A stretch of DNA of 64,000 nt from Felis catus (GCF_018350175.1 NC_058368.1:66218001-66282000); one strand, 5' to 3'; positions 26,465 to 38,420 are shown, counted from the stretch's first letter. Numbers and translations: made by a program. Notes: generated from the sequence alone by a model not told the origin.

Positions 26465-26650
26465 TTTTTTTAAGTTTATTTATTTATTTATTTATTTTGA
26501 AAGAGAGACAGAAAGAGATAGAACCCCAAGCAGGCTCCTCACTGACAGCGTGGAGCCTGTTGTGGGGCTCACGCTCACGAAACGCAAGATCATGAGCTCA
26601 GCCGAAGTCAAGAGTCAGACGCTTAACCGGTTGAACCACCCAGGCGCGCT
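26465..26650 (-). mobile_element. CAN-SINE (older, CT region partly deleted)
   Basis: tttatttattttgaaagagaga...cttaaccggttgaaccacccaggcgc; degenerate flanks ttgac(g/a)tatttt. Confidence 0.9.
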
Positions 26651-27542
26651 ATAACGTTGACATATTTTAAATTCAGTTTCCTCATCTCTAGATCACTTAT
26701 AGCAATCTTTTCCATGAAATGAATGAAGTATTTAGTGATCGTAGATAATAGGAAAACAAGGTTAATATGATATGAAAACATTCCATTGCATGCTGAAAGT
26801 ACCAGTTCTCTACATGAAATGTATGCCTTACCTGCATTTGGTTTTCTCTTCCAAGGTTCTGCTTGGTTCTCCAACTTAACCTGCATAGTTTCTTGGTGAC
26901 TGCTAACCAGATCCCAGCAAACAGGTGTCTTGAGAAATCAAGGGACTCTGAGTTGTACATCAGATCCCTTGGCATGTGTTTTTCTGTTTGTGAACATCTG
27001 GTCCATCCTATTATAGGAAATCTCAAATGGTCATGGTGAAGCTTGCCTTGTTTTTACATCCAGTATTGATGTCAGTCAACTTAGAGCTTGTCTGTTTATT
27101 TGCTGTCTTGTAGAAGAGAAAAAGAACAAAAAGATGAAGCTATTTGTTGTCAAGCTTTCCTATACGATGCTAGGCAGGTAACAAGTCGTAGAGAAGTTTC
27201 CAGGCCTGCTTTCCTTCTTCTCTCACCAAAGCACAACTAGGGCAGCTTGGGAAAGTCTCTCTATTCTGCCGTCGAAGACAGAGATGCACCTGGACCAATC
27301 TGTTCCTTGAGGGGTTGGTGACTGTTCTCATCGACAGCACCTGCTAAGTAGGGCTTGTCTTAAATTTGCCGTTTAGCAATCTGTGTTTTGTGACTTCATT
27401 TTCCTTTCTGAGACCAGGGAGAATAAGGCCATTTCTCTGCCATTAAAAATCATGTTAAATATGAATAATAAATGCTTTCAGAATCCGTAATGAGAGGAGC
27501 TATGTGAAAACATGAGCAGACTAAACTATGAGTCATCTGGAA

Positions 27543-27683
27543 CACTGGTTCTCAACCCAGGGTGATTTTACCCCTGGGGCATTCGCAATGCCTGGAGACA
27601 TTATTGATGTTCACATTTGTGGGGGTGGGGGGCACACTACTGGTGTCTAGTAGGTAGAGTCTGGAAGCGTGGCTGCACACCCA
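27543..27683. mobile_element. MER20 fragment (hAT-Charlie)
   Basis: cactggttctcaacccagggtgatttt..gcaatgcctggagacatt..tactggtgtctagtaggtagag. Confidence 0.8.
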
Positions 27684-27771
27684 GACCAGAGGGCTGAACA
27701 GAGAAGGAAGTCTAAGCAGCCATTTTCAGTAGTATTTCTTTAGTTTTCTAGTGAGATTAACCTACTAACCA

Positions 27772-28546
27772 TGTTTGTTTGTTTTTTAATTTTTAACATT
27801 TTATGATTCTTTGACATCTTGAAGCCTTGCTAATTCTGGAAAAACTGCCCTTCCCTGGACTACTAGTTCCTAAACACAGTAAGCAACTTGCCTGTGAACA
27901 TGTCTTTTAATGCAGATCAGCCAATCCAGGGCCCACACCTCCAACCACCTCCTGTATCAAACTCTCACACATCAAGCCAGTATTCCCTTTGCCTTAAACC
28001 ATCCCAGGGCCGTGTACCAAACAGCTAGAGACAGCTCTGTAAATCAGAACCCACTGAAATTATTCAAACCATTTAATCCCTAAACTTAGCATATCTACGA
28101 TGGGTCACCCATTAAAGAAACACAATATAGGCTTTTTTTTAATGTTTATTTATTTTTGAGAGAGACAGAGAGAGAGAGAGGGAGAGAGACAGAGACAGGG
28201 CACGAGTGGGGGAGGAGCAGAAAGAGAGGAAGACACAGAATCCAAAGCAGCTCCAGGCTCTGAGCTGTCAGCGCAGAGCCTGACATGGGGCTCGAACCCA
28301 CGAACTGCAAGACCATGACCTGAGCCGAAGTCGGACGCTTAATCGACTGAGGCACCCAGGCGTCCCCACAATAGGGTCTTTTGACCATGCTTTCCTCCCA
28401 CTCCTTCTGTCTCCTGAATGACCCTGGTGGCACTCCATGCCTCCTATTTCTAGGTGTCTGTGAGTATAAACTTCTTCCTTTATGACAGTCATTTCTGTGT
28501 GTGTGTGTCTACCTGTTAAAACAAATCCTGGGCACATTTTAAATCA
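27772..28546 (+). mobile_element. MER74/MER73/MER88-like ERVL solo LTR, split by a SINE
   Basis: tttgacatcttgaagccttgct, ccaatccagggccca, cccagggccgtgtaccaaacagctagagacagc, ctgaaattattcaaac, gaccctggtg; ends catttt-aaatca. Confidence 0.75.
28133..28367 (-). mobile_element. CAN-SINE (SINEC_Fc-like)
   Basis: Reverse full-length copy; degenerate TSD cacaatataggcttt / cacaatagggtcttt. Confidence 0.95.
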
Positions 28547-28683
28547 ATTGGTAGCTTTGGAGATGAAAATGAAAGGGAATTTAACATACATCTATTTTAA
28601 ATCCTACCCCGCCCCCACCACCACCACTAGCCCTATGAGGTAAATTATTTCTGAGAAGGGCTCTCACAGAAAGTTTTACAAAG

Positions 28684-28843
28684 TGTGACTTAGGTAAGTC
28701 ACTTTGACTCTTAAAACCTCAGTTTCCTCATCTCTGAAATGGGACCTAATAAGTGCCCACTTCATAGGGGTGTTGGATAAATAAGTCAGATAAAGCATAT
28801 ATGGAACTTCACACATTAGTGAGTTCCCAGCAAAGGTTAGCTC
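28684..28843 (+). mobile_element. MIR fragment
   Basis: tgtgacttaggtaagtcactt..cctcagtttcctcatctctgaaatggg..cttcataggggtgttg. Confidence 0.8.
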
Positions 28844-29388
28844 TTAACACAGCTAACAGAAAGAGAAATGACAGGCTGCCAAAATCAGTTAGGGAAAGCT
28901 TTCAAAAGGAAATTATATTTGACCTACATCTTACAAAATGACTAGAAATTCAAGGTGGGAAAAAGATGGGAGAGAATTCAGTGTAGGAAGGAAAGCATGC
29001 ACAAAGCGTCAAGTGGTGACTGTAAGCAGACCAAAGTATAAGGATGTTTCCTTAGCCTTCTGCTTTTTCTCAGTTAAAACACCACTTTTGGTGGTTTAAT
29101 ATTTTAGATGATATTTGAATTGCTACACAACATATATCATTTACGTGTACCATTTATATTTAATTATACATTAACATAATTTTATACAATAGATATGTAT
29201 AACATTTTATTTCCCCTTTCTTGTTGAGCCAACGCATCCGAAATATCCCAAGATAAATAAATTTCTTTAGGTTTCCCTGGTCTCTGTAGTCTTTTGTTCT
29301 GACCTTCTGAACCTCAGTTGTTCTCATCTTCCTTCCCAAGAAGGAAGAAAAAGCAATAATATGACTCATGTTAATCTGTTCCCTTCAA

Positions 29389-29424
29389 GTGTCATGGCTG
29401 CCCCTCGTGTCATGGCTGCTCCCA
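29389..29424. repeat. 18-bp tandem duplication
   Basis: gtgtcatggctgcccctc / gtgtcatggctgctccca. Confidence 0.75.
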
Positions 29425-30646
29425 GTACATGGTTTGGTTGTTAGGATGAGCATTGTTTACGCAGGGTCTATAACAGTTCCCTGGAGCTCTTGTGGAAGAG
29501 CTCATGTAATAAATACATAATTATGAACTTGTTAAAAGAGACATTATTTACTCATTTGTCCAACATGGCTCCTCTCAGTCTACCTCGTAAGTAAATCTAT
29601 ACTTAGTCAGTGCCATATTGATCTGCAACCAGACTACACTCTAATGCTCCTGCAGAAACACACCATTAAAAAAAAGAAAGAAAGAAAGAAAACTTGATGA
29701 GAAAAATCCACTGCAAGTCTTATCTCAATTTAAAGCAGAAAGAAAAATAGTGCTCTGTTTTCCATTGCTATGACTTTCTTCAAACAATACTAAAAAAAAG
29801 TGACACCAAGATCTGGTTCTGAGAATATCATTGCAGGGAATCTCAAAAGTCTTTCTGAATATCATAAATTTTATGAAATCCAGTGTTAGGAAAACCAATG
29901 ACAAAAGACCGTGTAACTGTCGGAGCTGGGTGGCCTGTTAAAGGGTGTTCGTTGGGGCTCTTCTGTTTCTCTATGTGGTTAGAATGTTTTATAATAAAAG
30001 GTTTACCATAGGTAATGGCTGTTTTTCAACACTACCTACAATTTAGATAAAGATTACCTAAAATTAGATCATTTAAGGTAAAGCATATGTCCTATCTTCA
30101 TGAAATTGCAACTAGATAAATGGTAGAGACGGTAGAACTAGAATTTGTCTAAAACACAGAGTCGGACACTGTGAGTGGGATGTTTTTCATGATCACAAGT
30201 AGTACAAAGCTAAGTTTTCATCGTTACTTAAAGCTGTATGTTTGCATGTGAAATCATGCAGAAGAATTACTTTGGTCCTAAGCGAAAATACAAACCTTAT
30301 GAATAAACTTTTATTTATTTGCTCTTTAAAGTCTAAATACCTTCACACAAGCGGAAAAACTCCAGCTACAAATGGCTACAAAGCCCGCATTACAGCTTTA
30401 AGATGCCTTATAGCATAGTACTGTTTTATTCATGAAGTCAGAAATTTCTCAGTGAATAAGCGAGTTTACATGTGTAAATCAGAAACCTTTGCAGTCATTT
30501 TGTTGTTGTTGGCTGTTCTACAGAGGGACTGCTTTTTGTTTGTGTGTGAGTGTCGTATCTGAAGCAAACATGACCAGTGGTGACAATGCCACTGATGGCC
30601 ACCTTTCCTTTCTATATGTGCCATGTATTAAAATCTGTCCTTTGGG

Positions 30647-30860
30647 GGGGCACCTGGGTGGCACAGTCGGTTAAGCGTCCGACTTCAGCCAGGTCACGAT
30701 CTTGCGGTCTGGGAGTTCGAGCCCCGCGTCAGGCTCTGGGCTGATGGCTCAGAGCCTGGAGCCTGTTTCCGATTCTGTGTCTCCCTCTCTCTCTGCCCCT
30801 CCCCCGTTCATGCTCTGTCTCTCTCTGTCCCAAAAATAAATAAACGTTGAAAAAAAAAAT
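30647..30860 (+). mobile_element. Young CAN-SINE (same subfamily as 26030)
   Basis: Diagnostic ttcagccaggtcacg, gggctgatgg, tttccgattc, gtcccaaaa; TSD aaaatctgtcctttggg at 30630-30646 and 30863-30879. Confidence 0.97.
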
Positions 30861-30877
30861 TTAAAATCTGTCCTTTG

Positions 30878-31080
30878 GGGGCACCTGGGTGACTCAGTCA
30901 CTTGAGTGTCTGACTCTTGATTCCAGCTTGGGTCATGATCCTGGGATCATGGGATCAAACCCTGTATCAGGCTCTACACTGAGCATGGAGGCCACTTGAG
31001 ATTCTCTCTCCCTCCGCGCCTCTCCCCTGCTCATGCTCTTTCTCTCTCTTTCTGTCAAATGAATATTTTTTTAAAAATCT
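30878..31080 (+). mobile_element. Older CAN-SINE
   Basis: ggggcacctgggtgactcagtc head, CpG-depleted; TSD aaaatctgtcctttg at 30863-30877 and 31081-31095. Confidence 0.92.
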
Positions 31081-31519
31081 AAAATCTGTCCTTTGACTCA
31101 TGGCTTTAGTTGTTTTGTTTGTTTTTCTTTTGCAAAGTCTGGAAAGGTTAGTGACCTTGCTGCCTCTGTGCCTGAAATGATAACTTTAGGTGCCTAAAGG
31201 AACAAATGTATCTTTACTAAGACTTTATTTATACAGCAGGATATAGACTCTGGATGTTTTTTAGATACAATAACCAAGATTAGGCAAATAAAGATTATGT
31301 ACCAAGAACTTTGCAACTTTCAGTCTATCAAAAATACTATGCCAATATAAGAACTTAAAGAAAAATGCAGTTAAAAGCAAGAGTGATTCCTGACAATTGG
31401 AAGTAAGCAAAAGTGAAGTTTATTTATGTTTGGCATGGGAGGAGGATATTAGGGGGAATCAGTTAGAAAGGCCTCAGTGTGCTAATAGCACCTACTATCA
31501 CTACCTTGGGCATCAATAT

Positions 31520-31650
31520 TCCTTCAAAGCAATTGATATTATCACCAATTTACAGATAGGGGAACTAAACGCACGTAAGTTTAAATGGCTTGTCCAAAGT
31601 TAAAGAGTTAGTAACTTGTAGAGCCAGTCTTCTTCTTAAGGCTTTGGCCT
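31520..31650 (-). mobile_element. MIR fragment
   Basis: attatcaccaatttacagataggggaactaa..ttaaatggcttgtccaaagt..gttagtaa..agagccag. Confidence 0.7.
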
Positions 31651-32739
31651 ATAGACCACAAGCTCAGCATCCGTCATTTTCATGGCCCTATTATATACAA
31701 ACAGAGTTCCTGAAAAAGCCAATGCAATTTCCAGGCAGCAATTTACAATGGGGAGAAGAGTCTAGCACAATATGACACACAATTCTGCGCAGCATTGGAT
31801 GGGTGAGAGATTTATCAATATAGTTTTTATGTTTTACACTTAGCAGATGTGCACATATTCTCGGTGAAAGGGGCTAATTAACCATGCCTTGAAGTGACCA
31901 TTAAATTCTGCCCTAACCACATCTCTCATTGTCTGCAAAATCAATGAGGACCTTATTAGCACCTTTTTACATCCAGTTCAGTAACATGGGAAAATGGGCT
32001 CTGCCTGACGACTAGTCATAGTAGGAAACCTGTTTTCCTATTAAAAAAATAATTTGTATTCAATATCATAGGCATGTTAGTCCCACATTGGGATGGATCA
32101 GCAATCAACCTTTTTTTTTTTAACATCTCAATCTTTATTTCAAGCAAGTCGTGATTTCTTTTCTTTCATCAATATGTATGAGAAACTTGGCCTGCTAGGT
32201 AGAAGTAGTCTCTGACAGCTAAAGCAATCAACTCCAAGTCAACAGTACTTAAGTCTCTTCTTTGTTGAACTGCTCACTGATATGTGAACCTGGGAAAGTC
32301 ACTTCATGTCTTTGAAGCTCATTTGATTCCAGGGTAAGATCTATAATACTTGACCACATACTAATATTATCATTGTTGTTAATTATGTGAAGTAATTGAA
32401 TTTCCCAACTGTTTCAGGCACTAGCTGAAGGACACAGAATTCTTGAGACCAGGTAGCACAAAGAATTATTAGGTGTTTAAAATCGTTGGAAGGCATAAGA
32501 AAAAAAATAATATAGTTCTATTTGCATTTAACTGTTTAAAATGTATCTGCCACATGTCACCCATAATATCTTACCCTGTGCAATGGTATCACTCCTAACC
32601 CTCAAGGTAAATTTCTCAGAAGCTCGTTAAGAAATTGTAATCAGCAAACATATTTTGAGGAAACATGTACCGCGTGGTTGAAATCCATGACCTGTTCATT
32701 TCAGCGAATGTTAACACACACCTTACTACGTACGCTCTG

Positions 32740-32968
32740 TCATTTTCTCCATTGCAGAGGCATGGAAGCCAAGGCACAGACGTGTTAACTATTAAGTTAT
32801 CTATCTAATCTATTAACTATTAATCTGTTAACTATTAAGTTATCTATCTAATCTATTAACTATTAACTATTAATCTGTTAACTATTAAGTTATCTATCTA
32901 ATCTATTAATCTGTTAAGTTATCAGTACTACCAAATACTGGAGCCAGGATTTAAGCCTGTGCTCTTGT
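32740..32968 (-). mobile_element. MIR fragment interrupted by a minisatellite
   Basis: ctccattgcagagg..ggaagccaaggcacaga..gttaa [array] ..ggagccaggatttaagcc. Confidence 0.55.
32783..32923. repeat. AT-rich minisatellite, three units of 43/50/36 bp plus a partial unit
   Basis: Unit tgttaactattaagttatctatctaatc(tattaac)n-tattaatc with n=1,2,0. Confidence 0.95.
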
Positions 32969-33040
32969 CTTTCTCTCTCTAACTTGGAAAAGTCTTGTAT
33001 CTAGAAAGATACAGAGTAGCTAAGATCATTAGGAATAACT

Positions 33041-33072
<32 letters not shown>
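33041..33072. repeat. (ATC)n microsatellite
   Basis: About 10 perfect ATC units. Confidence 0.95.
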
Positions 33073-33073
<1 letters not shown>

Positions 33074-33149
33074 TGTGACCATTCCAAATTGGGCAGTATG
33101 AACAGTATCTTGTAAATGTTTAAAAAAAACTAATAGTTCTATGCAAGTG

Positions 33150-33662
33150 TGTATCAGTTAGCTTTTGCTGCATAACAAAATACCCTAAACTAAGCAGCTT
33201 AATATAAAATTAATCACTTATTTAGTCAAGATTTATAAAGCTTGCTATTGGGACTAGGGACATTTGGGTGGTTCTTCTGGTCTCTGTTGGGCTCACTCAT
33301 GCTTCTGTGGTTAGCTCTGGGGTAAGCTGAAAATGAAATAGTTGAGGATGGCCTCTGCCAAGGTGACTTGTCCCAGTTCCTTGTGCTCTGACATCTTCCA
33401 GCAGCCTAGCCCAGCCGTGTTCACTGGGTGGTGGCAAGGTCAAATGGAGAAGCAGCCGGGAGCCCCCTGGGGCTTACATTTAGAACTAGATGTCATCACC
33501 TCCATGCATTCTATTAGCTAAAGTAAGACACAGGACATTCCTCATGAAGGAGTAAAGAAATACACTTTTCTTCTTGCTGGGAGAAACTGAAAATCACATT
33601 GCAAGGAATGTGATACAGAGAGGGAAGAATTGTGGTCTTTTGTGGCAGAATAAATACACACA
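33150..33662 (-). mobile_element. MLT1H/F-like MaLR solo LTR
   Basis: tgtatcagttagcttttgctgcataacaaa, ggttcttctggtct..gggctcactcatgc, attctattagctaaag, aaaatcacattgcaagg. Confidence 0.8.
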
Positions 33663-34766
33663 ATCAACTTTATATCTGTTACACATTTTAGAAGAATAAT
33701 ATGGAAATATACATTTTTTTGGAAAATCTATTTTGTTCTATTTACAAAGGGGTTAGGATGGTACGTTAAGTATTCTTTTATTGCACAAGTATCTGTGATC
33801 AGGAAAGCCAGAGATATTGTCGAGCCTCTCAGGATTTGGGTTTTGGACTGAAGTTATCAAAGTGTGATTACAGTAATCCTGAAATAATAGTTATTTCATA
33901 TTTGATTTACAGTTCTCTATAAAGTTACCTCAGGCATTATCATTGTCAAATCAAACTTAATAGAATTTCAGTTGTTCTGTTCTAAATAGCTCGTGCATAC
34001 TTGGAGAATTCCCCTGTACACCTGTCGTCCTCACTGTCTCACCAAGGGACGTTCGCTCTTTCGTGAATTTGTTCTAATTGTGCCATTCACCGTATTAACA
34101 TTAATTAGCAAACTCATCTTTCAACTTCACCCCCTTGGGACAGATTCAGTCAGGGTTGGGTAGGTAGGGAATTTAATTAATCTATCAGCAAATTGAATTT
34201 TTTATTAGGTACTTTGGTTTTATCTTTTTTTTTTTGTTTTGGTATTGTATATTACAAAACTGATTATGAACTGGAGTTACCTAAAGATTTGTTTATTAGA
34301 AAGACAAAGAGTCCAGCTATTTCTCCCCAAAGCACTACACATAATAAAATAGACCATCAATGTTCCTTCTGGGTTATTTTCAAGGAGGTTCTTTTACTAT
34401 TTACTTAGATTGGAGATTCTTTTCCAGATTGAACCTTCCCATACTGATGAAAGGACTATTGTATAGTAAATGTATCCGTAGTTGGATATATAAACAACTA
34501 CTATTTATGGCTTAAGAACAAAGGGCATCAGTGTGTGAGAATTTAATTCAATAGGGCTAATCTCAAATGCAATTAATGTTCACATTCTTTCTGTGCCCCT
34601 GTGGTAGTCTGTTTGCCCAAGGAATTTATTGAAATAGGTGCATTTAATTAAACTGTTTCAGCACTTGGGCAAAGATACAATTTAAGGTGTGACATTAGAA
34701 AGAAAAGAATCTGGACAACTATTTTTTTTTAATCTGGTCTCTTGTCTTAAGAATGTGTAAAATTTC

Positions 34767-34998
34767 GAGGCACCTGGGTGGCTCAGTTGGTTAAGCATCC
34801 AACTTTGGCTCAGGTCATGATCTCGCGGTCCGTGAGTTTGAGCCCTGCATCAGGCTCTGTGCTGACACCTCAGAGCCTGGAGCCTGCTTTGGATTCTGTA
34901 TCTCCCCCTCGCTGTGCCCCTCCCTTGCACTCTCTCTCTCTCTCTCTCTCTCAAAAATGAATAAACATTTAAAAAAACTTTAAATAAAAATAATAAAA
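34767..34998 (+). mobile_element. CAN-SINE (SINEC_Fc-like)
   Basis: Perfect TSD aagaatgtgtaaaatttc at 34749-34766 and 34999-35016. Confidence 0.96.
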
Positions 34999-35061
34999 AA
35001 GAATGTGTAAAATTTCAAATAGTAGAGGATAATGTCAAATGTTCCTTCATCTCCCACTCCT

Positions 35062-35116
35062 ACACACACACACGCACACACACGCATTTGCACACACGTG
35101 CTTGTACACACACACA
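35062..35116. repeat. Imperfect (CA)n microsatellite
   Basis: Interrupted CA runs. Confidence 0.8.
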
Positions 35117-35949
35117 AAGTCTATACTCCTAATGTTTCCTTCAGTAATGAGTTTACAAGAGCATGCAGGCTAGTGCAGTGAATTTGAGTGGTGCTTTTGG
35201 ATGATAAAATTCACATCTACTCCCAGCTCCTAACTAGCTGCATTTTTTTTTCTTAGAATGTGAAAGGGCTTAGAATTCTCTCATTACCAACTGGCTGTAC
35301 AATCATCTGCTTCTGTGAATTCTGGAATATGATTTTGTCGTGGGCTTTGTCTGTCTGGGTTTCCCAATTCACATAACTGTAGGCAGGCAGACTTGGCCTA
35401 AATGAATCACTTGCTTATGTGTATTTTTGCCTACGTGCTTTGTAAATGTGTGATACACAAATGGGGCAGATGGAAATGAGATGGGAAAACAGCATTACCT
35501 CGATATTCAGTGACCCTGTAACTTGCATAATAACATAGGCTTACACTGAGACATTACAAACCAGATGTCTTGTCCTAACACATTTACATGGATAGATCCA
35601 AGTTCAGTGAGAACTACCAGGACTTTGGGGGTTTAAAACTGACTTCAAATTTTACATTTGATTATACTGAAAGGGGAATCTAGTCTCAAGAATTTTAGTT
35701 TCTTTTCTAATGGAAAAGATTCTCCTAGTAAACAAAGAGACACCTGTTTTATTTTTTATTATATTTCCATGCACAAGTTTTATTTTCATTTTTTTAAACC
35801 TAGACAAAAGAACCAGGCAAATATCAAAAGCAAAGGGATAGATTTAACTTCGTTAATAATAAGCATTCAAGTAACCATCAATGTTTCCATAATAATGTAA
35901 AAGGTATTATCTCACTGTTGTGATACTGTATAGTTCAATTATATTTTCA

Positions 35950-36160
35950 GTTTTTTTAACATTCATTTATTTTTGAGACAGAGAGATAAAGTGCAAGCAA
36001 GAGAGGGGCAGAGAGAGAGAGGGAGACATAGAATCTGAAACAAGTTCCAGGCTCTGAGCTGTCACCATATAGCCCGACGCGCAGCTTGAACCCACAAGCT
36101 GTGAGATCATGACCTGAGCCCGAGTCGGCTGCTTAACCGACTGAGCCACCCAGGCACCCC
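35950..36160 (-). mobile_element. CAN-SINE (SINEC_Fc-like)
   Basis: Reverse copy ending gagccacccaggcacccc; TSD tcaa(t/g)tatatttt at 35935 and 36161. Confidence 0.95.
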
Positions 36161-37074
36161 TCAAGTATATTTTAAATGAACTTTTAATATTAGCTCCTAC
36201 TCTTTGTCAAAAAAGACAGACAGATATGAATATGTAGCAAGAATAAAAGAGTTGATCTCTTCCAAATATATATTAATACTTTTTTAAATGGTTGTTTTCC
36301 TAATCTGCACTTTATTCCTCCCTGTGCCCATTCCTCTCTAGGCAAACTAAGGAATCTTTTGCTTTGTTCACCTCTTCTGAAGCCTAGATTTCCCCTAAGC
36401 TATCATGCGAAAGTACGCAGTCACCACCAAGGTAGCCAGGGTATGATGTTTTTATCCCCATATACACAGGAAGAAACTGAGGAAGAATGTGCCTTGAATC
36501 TAAGTCATGAACTTTAGATCTTGGTGGGTTTGGGCTTGTGGATTTTTTTTGAATCACTAGGTACATACAAGAAAGTACTTTGGTATACTGGAAAGCACTC
36601 TATAAATATACGCAGTGATTATTATGAATTTTTGGAAAGTCGATAGCATTCTTACCAATTCTTAGTCACTTGCCCTAACTTCAAGGAAATCAGGATGATC
36701 AGAGAATAGCATTCTAAAACTGAATATGACCCATATAAGACTTCCAAGAAGTGTTCAGGCCTCTCTTCTCTCAGGAGGTAGACCCATCAGGCCTTTAAAA
36801 GTTGACTTATTCACCTCCACGCCCTCTGTTCCCCAGGCTGGTCTCCAGGGCTAGCTTATTCACACACCTCCATCAGAACGTTGAAACCCACTTTAAAAAG
36901 CCTCAGTCTATAGTCGAAGATAAAATAAGCCTTTTCTCCACTGTAGCCCACATATGAGACAAACTTCAACCAAGAGAAAAACAAAAATGTTTAAGGTCTT
37001 GTCTTTCGTTATAGGTGAGGCTCACTTCCCAACAAGCCAGAACTGTCTCTTTTCTGGTAACATGGTCTATGTAC

Positions 37075-37190
37075 AAGCCAAAGAGCCTGGATTTGAAGTC
37101 AGAAGCCCTGAGTATCAGTGTAGCTAGGTCAAACTACTTTTAAACTCTCTGCTTCTCAGTTTTCTCATCTACAAAATGGGGATATCAATG
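37075..37190 (+). mobile_element. MIR fragment
   Basis: aagagcctggatttgaagtcagaagccctg..ctctctgcttctcagttttctcatctacaaaatggggata. Confidence 0.75.
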
Positions 37191-37294
37191 TGTGATTGGC
37201 AATGCCCCTGTGCACATTATAGATCATGAACATTACCATCACAAAGTAGGGGATACCCTTACCACCTTTTGTGAATTCTTAACTTGAGCTTGAA

Positions 37295-37851
37295 TTTTTC
37301 TAATCGAATACAGCATTTGGCATCCTTGAACGATGATGAGACAGGATAACTAAGAACGATACTCTTTGGGATCCCAGTGTCACTAAATACAGATCGCAAA
37401 TGAGGCAAAATTATATCTTTTCTTTTTAGCTTAATCTACACCAACAATGTGTAAACATGGAAATATTTTTATTTTCAATGGTGTTCAAAACTTTGCACCT
37501 GTTTCTGAACTTTAGATCAGTGACTTTAGACATACTCGTATGGAAATAAAAATGTCAGATGTGCCTTCCTTTGTGAACTAAGTCTCCTTATACCCATTTT
37601 AAAATAGTAGGATATGGAAAGAGGAAGCAAAATGACAACCATGAGTGAGAATCTATATGCTAACTGAACCAATTTCATCCCTGTGAATGCAGGGATACGA
37701 CTGTTGTTGAGAGGGTGTGGCAATAGCCCATCACTCGTTAAAGCCACAGCGACGATTGGGTTACAGGATATTCTACAGCCCTGTTAGTTATTCTGTCTCG
37801 TCATCATTCAAGGATGTCAAGGATGCTGAACACTGCATTCAACAGAAAAAA
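37295..37851. repeat. Long-range inverted repeat (~60-bp arms, ~430-bp spacer); family unassigned
   Basis: 37321-37353 matches the reverse complement of 37784-37816 at 30/33 positions, and similarity extends outward to tttttct / agaaaaa. Confidence 0.85.
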
Positions 37852-37863
37852 CAATGTCTGTCT

Positions 37864-38035
37864 GGGGTGCCTGGGTAGCTCAATCGATTAAGCTTCCGGC
37901 TTCAGCTCAGGTCATCATCTCGCAGCTCATGGGTTTGAGCCCCGCATAGAGCTCTGTGCTGGCAGCTCAGAGCCTGGAGCCTGCTTCGGATTCCGTGTCT
38001 TCCTCTGTCTCTGTCCCTTCCCCACTCACACTCTG

Positions 38036-38090
<55 letters not shown>

Positions 38091-38132
38091 AAAATAAATA
38101 AACATTAAAAATTTAAAAATATATATAGAAAA
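37864..38132 (+). mobile_element. CAN-SINE (SINEC_Fc-like)
   Basis: TSD agaaaaaac(a/t)atgtctgt at 37844-37861 and 38133-38150. Confidence 0.95.
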
Positions 38133-38184
38133 AGAAAAAACTATGTCTGTATCTGGTTTAATAAAAACAGAAGCATCAACATAA

Positions 38185-38420
38185 CAGAAAGCACAGTGGT
38201 TACAAACACCAGCATTGACGTCACACAGACACTGGTTCTAACCCGGGCTCTGCTGTTAACTGTCTCTGTAACCCAGGGCAAACTGCATATCTCCCAGGGC
38301 CTCCGTGTTCCCATCTGTACAATGGACGTAATAAAACCTCAGTGGAGGTGCTGTGAAGAGTACAGGGGATGTTAGCCGATGCCAGGCACCATAGCACTTC
38401 ACAAGTACGGCAGTTATCAG
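38185..38420 (+). mobile_element. Near full-length MIR
   Basis: agcacagtggtta..ggttctaacccgggctctgc..gcctccgtgttcccatctgtacaatgg..gctgtgaagag. Confidence 0.8.

Noticed and set aside
32783..32923. CRISPR-like regular repeats
   Set aside because: Contiguous tandem units without unique spacers, no cas genes, and a mammalian context.
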